Assembly (NCBI RefSeq): GCF_006345805.1
Contig: NC_043008.1
Span: 16,182,001-16,246,000, forward strand
Origin: Octopus sinensis
Lineage: Eukaryota
DNA: 64,000 bases
Direction: 5' to 3'
Positions 54,514-64,000 of this stretch are shown one piece after another. Both the position numbers and the translations under genes were made by a program. Each line of letters opens with the position of its first letter. The first letter of the stretch is position 1. The notes beneath the pieces were generated by a model. It was not told the DNA's origin. It saw only the letters and a program-made list of their open reading frames with translations, and made no database searches.

Positions 54514-55714
54514 TCTGAAAATTTCGTATATATGTTACCCCTTAAATAAACCCAATAAATACTTCTATTATTTTTTTCTAAATTTTCAGAAGGAATGTAA
54601 AACAAAATTGAACTCTTCTAAAATCCCAGAACTAAGACTATATATTCTTCCATTTTAAAATCAGAAAGCATTGTAATTCTATCACAGCAGATGTATCCTT
54701 CCATCCTTTGCTGACCCGTCACATATTTCCATTTCACAAAATTGTTCAATATAATTAGCACTGAATATTTTGCTACATGTATGCTCCAAATCTTCTTGGT
54801 ACATACGTTATATCTTTTGATACTACGGGAAAAATTTCCACCTGCTCAAAGCAAAGGAATATCACTTGATGCAAATAATACAGCTATATTTATCTTGCAT
54901 TCCAACATATCCGCATTTTCGATAGTATTATCAGTTACCCTCAATATAAATACTATTTTTCTCCTGATCAAAGTAATTTAAATTGCATTTTGAATATCTC
55001 TTGGATTTTATTTTAGTGTTTTTGCCTTTTTAGTGCCTTAAATCTTACCAAAGAGAATATTGTTCAAATTCATTCCATTTTGTTTTCTACGATCCATATA
55101 AGACCATAATATTGTATATATGCATTTCTCATGAGGCGGTACATAGTCGATTGGGATATATTTTACTGAGAATTCTAGAATGTAAACTGAGTAATCTGAA
55201 CCTAAATATTGATAAATGTGCCTTGAGTACTCTTAGTTTATAATTAAGATTATATATGCAAACAATGCATAATATAAAATAATTAAACGCATAAGTCTGA
55301 TTATACCTGCAAAATATCAAATATCAAATCTCCCTGAAACTGTGATTTGGAATTTCTATGCTCAAATACAAATTAACCAATATATCGTACAAATATTTCC
55401 CAGGTGACTGAGATTTAGAAAATCTTCACATTACCATTTCTCGCTTAATCAATTTAAATTTCCTAATACATAGCTTCAATTTGATTCCAGTGAATAATTC
55501 AACTCTCAAAATTCTTGAGATTCATAATACACTATTGCTCAAAAATCATTATTGCGCACCTCCAATACACAACCGCAGACATATATTTTCTTACGTTTTC
55601 ACTATCAATGAACCGTTATGACAAAAGTATTAAGATGTTCGCAATCATTTTACAATCATGTAATTCATTTGGTTAGCTGGAGGACTTGTCATCAGGTGGA
55701 TGATATCTACGTAA

Positions 55715-55969
55715 ACTAATATACGATACCCATGCGCGCTATCCAGCGCGGTCCACCATGATTACAACCACAAGTCCCCGGCCTCAATCTTCCAACAATA
55801 CCCTCGGGCCCGGCAAAGAATTTGAACAAAGCACACGCTAATGAACTCATGTACACACCCATATACCCCAACATGGAGGTCTCACAGCACCCCCAACATA
55901 TCAAAACAAACAATGCGCATGCGCGATATTAAACATAAAACGGCGGCAATTTACCCGGCGCACCCTGTA
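55715..55969. mobile_element. GC-rich DNA-transposon-like fragment ending in a Tc1/mariner-type terminus
   Basis: Ends ...TTACCCGGCGCACCCTG|TA (reverse TA|CAGGGTG); no partner end found in the window. Confidence 0.45.
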
Positions 55970-55987
55970 TGTATGTTTGTGTACATA

Positions 55988-56389
55988 TTTTTTTTTCTTT
56001 TACTTGTTTCAGTCATTTGACTGCGGCCATGCTGGAGCACCGCCTTTAATCGAGCAACTCGACCCCAGGACTTATTCTTTGTAAGCCCAGTACTTATTCT
56101 ATCGGTCTCTTTTGCCGAACCGCTAATCGACGGGGACATAAACATAGCAGCATCGGTTGTCAAGCAATGCAAGGGGGACAGACACAGACGTACACACATA
56201 CATGCACACATACATATATACATATGTACGACGGGCTTCTTTCAGTTTCTGTCTACCAAATCCACTCACAAGGCTTTGGTCGGCCCGAGGCTATAGTAGA
56301 GGACACTCGCCCAAGGTGCCATGCAGTGGGACTGAACCCGGAACCATGTGGTTGGTAAACAAGCTACTTACCACACAGTCACTCCTGCG

Positions 56390-56391
<2 letters not shown>
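55988..56391 (-). mobile_element. SINE family A, full length
   Basis: Reverse complement of 32444-32867. Confidence 0.96.
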
Positions 56392-56435
<44 letters not shown>

Positions 56436-56510
56436 AGTGTGTATATAATATATATATATATATATATATTTGAAAGGAAGAAAGTAAAGAAAGACTGATG
56501 AATGAAAAAC

Positions 56511-56812
56511 TTTTTTCTTTTATTCTTCTATTTGTTTCAGTTATTTAAATGCGGCCATGCTAGAGCACCTTGTTTAATCGAGCAATTCTACCCCAGAACT
56601 GATTCTTTGTAAGCCTAGTACTTATTCTATCGGTCTCTTTTGCCGAAACCCTAAGATACAGGGACGTCAAGAAACCAAGATCGGTTATCAAGCGATGGTG
56701 CGGAGACACAGCCAAAATGACACACACACACACACCACATACACTCACACGCCACACACACAGACACACATTTGTCAAGCAATGGTGGGCTACAAACACA
56801 GACACACAACCA
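56511..56812 (-). mobile_element. SINE family A 3' half with a duplicated internal segment
   Basis: TCAAGC(G/A)ATGGTG..ACAC occurs twice, at about 56687 and 56775. Confidence 0.85.
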
Positions 56813-56949
56813 TATATATGTATATGTATATATGTATGGTAAGACCATATAACGTCATATATATGTATGAAAACCTGCATGTTCCACTAAAGCGAACCTC
56901 ACTATAATAACGTAGCCGTTTAGTTGTAATGGAACAGTTCGTAAAGCTA

Positions 56950-57900
56950 GTAGGAACGTTTTGGGGTTTTTATATATAAAGAGATATAAAGATATGTGGC
57001 CTGAGATGCAGGTCAGATTTCTTGGTGAGGACGAATGCGATTGGTGTAGATATTACCATAGAGATTGAAATAATTGACTTATATGTATATGTTCGTTTGT
57101 ATTTGAATATATTGTATGTATGTGTATTGTTACTTTTGCTTATAGCCTGTGTATTGTATATGAATCTTTAGTTTTGACTTCTTGCATCTTTGCATTCTGT
57201 TTGTATTAATAATGCTGCTGTCAATAATCTGTTTTTGTGTGTATCTTCGTGGAGTATAGATGCCTTCTCCATTACTCTTTCTTATGATTTTTGATTTGTG
57301 TTGGGTGACGTATGGCACGGCAAATGCTACAAACAGTAAGTGCAAAGTGACCTGGAACATTAAGTCGTACTTGTATGACTGAGATAAATGATGCAGCAGT
57401 GCAGTTTATAGCTACCTGGTTTCCAATTGGATTTATAGGCACATGATCATTACTAGCATATTTATAGTTTTACATGCATTTTATCTCTTCGAGGTCAAAA
57501 GATTTTATTTTGCAACTGTGTTTTGGTAACATAATATTAATGTTTGCGTAATGACAATTTACATTCCGTTTAATGAGGTTTTAGATCATATATTCATCTA
57601 TAGAGAAGCGACTACGCATTTCAGTCAAATAATATACATTGTTTTTTTTGTGTATCTGCAATAAGTCCAGTTCAACGTAATAATATTTTTTATTGTAGGT
57701 TGTGTTGCGATATTCAATGGTTTAAACTGTTACGTGGAACAAACGTTAAGGATTAAGATGAGGAGAATATGAACATTTGTTTATTACTATGTTGGTCGGA
57801 CAGTATCTAAGTGTCCTTTTATGTCGGTGTTTTAGCAATAGTATTTATATATGAATGGAAATTCGGGACTTGTGTCACTATATGCATTTATTAGTGTTTT
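56950..57900 (-). mobile_element. Possible very old Penelope-like ORF relic
   Basis: Scattered minus-strand peptides (NIITLNWTYCRY, VPYVTQH) loosely resemble PLE RT and linker motifs. Confidence 0.3.
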
Positions 57901-57939
57901 TGCAGCAAACACTAGCAATATCCTCTTAATTTTCAGAAT

Positions 57940-58400
57940 TCATGTAAAGTGTTTTTTATGTATTTCTCTTGAAACATCACACAAAGAGGCATTTATCTTT
58001 GTATTCATTTTCGGGACACCAGTTCAGTTTACATCAAGTCCTTTGAGACTTCCCATCTGGCAGGAAGAGTAGACGACCCGACCAACAGAAGTGTCGTTGC
58101 TGCAATACGATGACAATGTTAGGTAGCTACCTTTGAGCCAGTACCTAATTGGTTGGTGAGACTGAATCCACCCGCTATACAAAATCAGTCTCAATCTGCG
58201 TGGGTGGAATGCATTTTGAAGACGCTCTTGTATTGAGCAGATGCTCCAAATCTTGTGTCCTAAATTCGCATGCTGTTACACGTTAGCTCTGTTAACCATC
58301 ACCTTGTTGTGCACCGTTAGCTTACTGTTCACTTAGACTCTCGTTGGCAGCATGGGTTGTGTTGAAGCCAGTTTTCCACTACATCTGTTCATCAGAGTCT
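57940..58400 (-). mobile_element. RTE/BovB-like LINE ORF C-terminal fragment, decayed
   Basis: RV*VNSKLTVHNKVMVNRANV..QERLQNAFHPRRLRLIL..LQQRHFCWSG..PDG follows the RTE post-RT pattern. Confidence 0.75.
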
Positions 58401-58524
58401 ATAAAAAATAAGCTATAATGGCTTGAGGTGAAGTATGCAATGTCTAAGACTGCATCCAGTATATAATAGTAACTTTAAGGAAGTGCTCAAAACTTAAGCC
58501 TAACATTTTTTTGCCATCTTTTTG

Positions 58525-58544
58525 CCTAACCCTAACCCTAACCC
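58525..58544. repeat. Short interstitial (CCCTAA)n telomeric-type repeat
   Basis: CCTAACCCTAACCCTAACCC. Confidence 0.8.
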
Positions 58545-59059
58545 GTAATAATCTTTTGTGAATCCGTTTATGAGGCGTTGCAATTGCTCTTGTGAATGCG
58601 CGCCAATGTCATTTGCAAACATCATGTGACTGACACTCATTTTGAATATATTTCTTTACGCCGTCAGTAGTGACAAACCGGGCTGTGGCCCAGTTGGTGA
58701 TGTAAGACGTTAAACACTATCGGTTGGTACAACAAAGGTGTATTGTGGTTTGACAGCTAAGAAGATACTAAACTGTATAATTCCACTGCATCTGCAAATG
58801 GGAATGACTTCGAGACTTGCTTACTTGAAATACATAATACCGGACATGGATTCAGTCAAAATATAAATTTATATATGCACCCCACCCACCAAACACATAC
58901 GTATACATACCAGTGTATCAGTTTGTGTGTATCTTGTTTTCGATCGCATAATGTTCTTGAATTGATAAATTGCTCATATTGTGTGTGTGTGATGGTCATT
59001 TTAGAATGTTCACATAATAGGCCTCTACAGTCTATAGATATAAATATAGATATATAACT

Positions 59060-59225
59060 GACACTCCGTCCGTTACGATGACGAGTGTTCCAGTTCATCC
59101 GATCAACAAAACTGCATGCTCGTCAAATTAACTTGCAAGTGGCTGAGTACTTGACGGACAGGTGTGCACTTAATGTAATAGTGTGACACGGGATACGACG
59201 AGAATGGATCTTCGAAATACAGACA
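59060..59225 (-). mobile_element. SINE family B body-type-3 3' fragment
   Basis: CACTCCGTCCGTTACGATGACGAG..GATCAAC..AAATTAAC..GTGGCTGAGTAC matches 26452-26570. Confidence 0.85.
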
Positions 59226-59908
59226 CCACTTATTTTTGAAAGTTTAGTGGATGGAACGGGAAATATACGCCAATAATAGTAAAAGCACTTCTCAGACTTT
59301 TAAACCTAAAGCTAAAAGTAAAAACATAGTCGGATTGTAAATACACAATTTATCTTCCCCACCTAAATCTGTCTATATTGTATGGGCCCTTACCAAGCAA
59401 ACGAACACCATTTCGTTAATTTAATAGAACAGCCATTACTGTATACAATACTATCTGTTTCTTGTAGCAAGTTAATTGTAGTTGAAGATAACCAATTTTG
59501 AATAAACTATATATTATAACTCACATTAAAATGTATGAATTCAAAACGGATTAGTTGATTATAAAAAAAAAAATTATGAGTATGCTTTTATAATGGTTAA
59601 AAGAAATACAAGTGTGATTATTTGGTTTCAATTCCAAAATAGATTAGAATTGTCGTAATGTCACAACGTATTTGTTAAACTGTATTGAAATAACTAAAGT
59701 AGAAACAACTTAAGCTGTAAGAGTTCACACAATTGCTAACTTATCGTAAACGAAAAGCAAATAAAAGAACCGAATTACATACATATACATTAAATATTGT
59801 TTCAGTTTGAATTTAATCTCCCTACACAAAAAAGTACTTTAAGAGAAGTATATAATATAGTAAAGTATGAATAATATCATATGACATGTATGTGTGTGTA
59901 GTTATATA

Positions 59909-59965
<57 letters not shown>

Positions 59966-60358
59966 TAATATATATAAATAAATATATATATATATATAAA
60001 TAAATATATATACACATATATATATGGTATAATATAATAACAGTTTGTAATTATATAACGCTGTTCCATTACGTTTTAACAATTATTTATTACTAAATTT
60101 TAAATTATAAACTTTATTTAGTATTTCAATTAGGCATGTTAGTTTGCATAAAAAAATATGGCAATAAGTGTCAGCTTAAGATTAGAGAGACGGCAACATT
60201 TTTGAGGAAGGCTAAAGAATAGTAATTAAACGGATGAGTTAAATTTGCAGAAGTAACAAGAAAATCTATTGTATAGATGACATTTTAATTTTCGAGGATC
60301 TAGAAATGAAATTGAAATTTGTAAATTCTTATAAGATAAAAGAAAATATTATTATATG

Positions 60359-60392
<34 letters not shown>

Positions 60393-61884
60393 AAGAATAT
60401 CACGGTATAGAAAACATACAGAATATCCACCTTAATTTAGAAGCTATTATGAAGAGCAAAGAAATATATATGCACTTTGATATATATTTATATAATAATA
60501 TTTAGCTAAATATTGCCTAATTTGTAAGCAATCATCTAATGCATCTTAATTTTCTCGAATATAAAATATACGTATATACATATTCATATACGTATGTATG
60601 TATGTATGCATGTACTTCTTAATCTGAGCGGAGGCAATGTGAGCAGTAGCTAAAGGAACATTATGAAAATCCACACGGAAAGATCAAATACATACATATA
60701 TTCATATATTCATTTATATCTACAGAACAGATATAAAGTCCGACGTTTAAAAATATAATAATATATAAATAAATAAACATCATATAATATATAATATATA
60801 TAAGTATATAAGAATCAATGTTGCATACAAAACACAATGAATTTACGTATGTATGTATGTATGTATGTATGTATATATGTATGTATGTATGTGTGTATGT
60901 ATGTATGCATGTACATTTCTGTGTATTTTAGCGTGTCTGACTGTAATCTAAGATAATGAATGAGGCGAAAGCTTTTTAAATCTACTTATATTTATTTGCC
61001 CCAAACCTATGTGACGCTCGTAGGCCACTCACCGTTTATGTCTAAATGCGATTCTCAAGTCATCGATACTTTTGGCTTAGCCTGTTGCACTGCCTTCCCA
61101 CATATACGGCGGTAATATGGTTAACAGGCAGTTCATACAAAAGAATGCTTTGTCTGCTATGGCATTTGAAATATATGCACGATATAATTTTCAAAATTGC
61201 TATGTCTTCACTATGAATATATGTTCACGGCAATGCAGTCATTATAAGCTATTTAGTAGGAACAATATAGTAATCCAGTTTTCATATAATTTTCCTTACG
61301 CCGATCTCTATTAATATGATCTTTCATGCAATAATCTATTTAATAATGGTATCTTCCAGGCTCACGAGCATTTACTTCAGCCCTAAGAAATTTAAACGTT
61401 AGGCATATGATTATAATTTTTTCTTGTTTCTCAAATGATGACAGCAGGATATTCGAAACTTTAATTAATGTCTGAAGAAATGTTAATTAGATATTGCTTC
61501 GGTACCTATTCTTATATAGTAATTTACTTCACCGAATTCTTCAATACATGGCTACATTCTTCCTTTTCCCCATTCTGATAATAAAAGCCCTAAAGCAAGA
61601 GCAATTCTCTTACACAAATATGTCGCCGTTTTGAGAGATGGCTTTCATGGCATGTATGGCCAAGTACTACACTTCCAGGAAAAAATACCAAATCCTTCTT
61701 TAAAAGTTGAAAAAAAAAACAGCCATCTCGTATTCACGTAAGCGAACAACCAGCACGAATTCTTCATTGACAGACAAATCTGTTATACACCAACTAAATT
61801 ATACGGCAATAAACATCTATTAGTTGACTGGTTGCCTGGTATTTTGAGCAACATTTCGAATTCTGGCACAAAGACAGCACTTTC

Positions 61885-62000
61885 GAGGGAGGGGTAAGTC
61901 GATTAAATCGACCCTGTGTTCAACTGTTACATATTTCATCGATCCCAAATGGATGGAAGGCAGAGTCGATCTTCGCAGAATTTGACCTCCAAACGTAAAA
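61885..62000 (-). mobile_element. SINE family C fragment
   Basis: AAGTCGATTAAATCGACCC..GGATGGAAGGCAGAGTCGA..GAATTTGA. Confidence 0.8.
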
Positions 62001-62027
62001 CAACTCTTAATCTTACAGCCTAAAATA

Positions 62028-62205
62028 AGGCGGCAAGCAGGCAAAATCGTTAGCATGCTGGGTAAAATGGTTAGCAACGTTTCGGCCGTCTTTACGTTAT
62101 GAATTAAAATCCCGCCAAAGTGACTTTGATTCAAATCTATTGGCGGTCGAGAAAATAAGTACTAGTTGAGAACTCTGAACTTGCAGGCCTTACGCTAAAG
62201 TTTGA
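62028..62205 (+). mobile_element. SINE family C, diverged
   Basis: GGCGGCAAGCAGGCAAAATCGTTAGCA..GGTCGAGAAAATAAGTACTAGTTGAG. Confidence 0.75.
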
Positions 62206-62738
62206 AGTTAATATTATTGCCTAAAATATTTGATCTATAATATTTTATTATAGATCAAATATAATACGCCACTCTCTTCACGCCACTGTACGCCACTCTC
62301 TTCATAAGTCAAAATATATTATAATTAATGCAAAACTTCTTCTGAGACATTATACTATGCACGATATACAAGTTGTATACAATTCATGCAATTAAGCAGA
62401 TTATCCGAAATAATAAATTATCAGGATATAACCAGGTTATAATTTGTTTACATAACAAACTTCAACTTAATTCAGTCACTTTTGTTACACGTTCAGTCAA
62501 CAACAGTAAGTCAATATGCGCATATACATAACTCAATCTGCCATGTGTTGAAAATAAAATATTCATCTTCCTGAAATCACACTAAGAATTCTTAAAAAGT
62601 TAAAGATGCAATATTAGTGGTGGCTCCTCGTATGTCGGAATTTCAACCGTGTTTCGTGGTCTGCTACCAAAACCGCTCCTTTATAGAATCCAGTTAGCTC
62701 AAGACATCATTAGGAGGAACCACGTCCGGTTTCGGCCC

Positions 62739-63410
62739 CTACTCCTCTACCCTTTTGACGGGGCGACCCCGCTCTTTCGGAGGTGTCTTCAGCTCTGGTG
62801 TTGGGTGCATATATTCTTTGTTCTTCTTTCTTCCGTTCCTTGGCCTCTTCGATGTAGCGTCAACGAGTGTCAGCGGGTGACTGACTGACTTGTCAAATCT
62901 TTTCCCTTTAAATAAAAAAAAAACGAATTGCATATTTGAGATGCGTATTATCATAGTTATGATACATCATTACTTACCTCAATAGCAACTCTAAAAACCT
63001 CACATTACAACCTGTTCATAGAAAACTATTCCCATTAAAACGAGATCACATGTGGTCGTATCATATATTTAATACAATCGCACGCGATCCCATTCTTAAA
63101 GAGTTAGACAAACCATTTATACATGCAGCACAATAGAACATAAGGGATTGACAACAAGTCACCGTTTGAGAGGCAAGATAAGATTTTATTTACAATGAAG
63201 TAAGGTTAGAAGTGTATGGGAGCATGCAACACGTGTTTGTGTCTGTGTGTTAGTGTGTGACAGAACAATGAATGTGGTTGACATAGAAAAGTACCTGATG
63301 GTGGAAGATAGCAGTCTTTGGTTGTTGAGCGTACATTGGCATAGTGGTTAAGGAACCATTGTATCATTTTGTTGTTTAGCGCTGTCTCTGGAGCTAGTTC
63401 TTACAAGAAC
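62739..63410 (-). pseudogene. Decayed intron-containing coding relic, possibly a Ulp1/C48 protease domain followed by an AT-hook-like tail
   Basis: Peptides ELAPETALNNKMIQWFLNHY..DCY, DLLSIPY, IYDT, GCN/CEVFRVAIE and KTPPKERGRPVKR; 72-nt GT-AG intron at 62977-62906 with strong sites; stops and frameshifts present. Confidence 0.3.
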
Positions 63411-64000
63411 TAAAGACAGGTAATTGATTTACTGTTTATGAGGTACACGAGGTGTAAGAGTTTCATATCAAGATGTTGTGTCTCAGAGCTGACATCTGTT
63501 GAATCGCTTGTTGCGATTATCTTTCTCTTGATATGAATATACTCCAGTTATGTTAACTGTAGCCGTTTTTTCCGTGGTGATATTTTCACCTAACCGCTAT
63601 AGTTGAATCTGTGATAGTCTTGTGTACTATTTAAAACTTCGTAGCTAGGGACGATGTTTGCTTGGTTTTTGTTCCTCTTGATATAGATTCCTGCAACCGT
63701 TTTTCCGTGGTGTGGTTTTCACACAAACAGTATGAGTTGGTTTTGTAGCCATCTTATGTACGAGCTAAATATTCGTAGGTAGCGACGGAGTTGGTGATGC
63801 CGTTATGTCTGGTTATATGGTCTCCGACCAGGACCTTAAAAGGTCTTAAGCCGACAGACGAGCTCTGTGGTCAGAGACTTAGCTCTGAAACGAACTAAAA
63901 GCCTAAGACGAATATTTGTCTGAAAAACCCTTGTTTTATAAGGTTTATATGGCTCCCAATGAACTTCAGAAATGGAAAGCTGTGGTTGGAACTATGCTTG

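Noticed and set aside
58525-58544. Telomere or chromosome-fusion site
   Set aside because: Only about three units; such short tracts are common inside repeats

Overview
This is AT-rich eukaryotic genomic DNA, almost certainly intronic or intergenic. Its SINE families and very high (TA)n/(CA)n/(GATA)n/(AAT)n load look like an octopod cephalopod genome (my recognition, not a database result). I cannot support any intact protein-coding gene: nearly all ORFs in the track are microsatellite read-throughs ([10 protein letters not shown], poly-I/N) or SINE sequence. The window holds about 20 tRNA-derived SINE copies in three families (several with clear target-site duplications), decayed LINE fragments (R4/Dong-like, Tx1-like, RTE, CR1) and Penelope-like (PLE) remnants. 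The most interesting signals are (1) several short (TA)n-embedded PLE-type modules carrying minimal hammerhead-ribozyme motifs of at least three sequence families, some folded back into long hairpins or palindromes; (2) an RTE LINE with a twin-priming-type 5' inversion; (3) one SINE head joined to three different bodies; (4) two foldback elements; (5) a candidate micro-exon and a candidate recursive splice site; and (6) a decayed, intron-containing Ulp1-like/AT-hook relic at the right end. All family assignments are by eye from motifs and need Dfam/Repbase/HMM confirmation.
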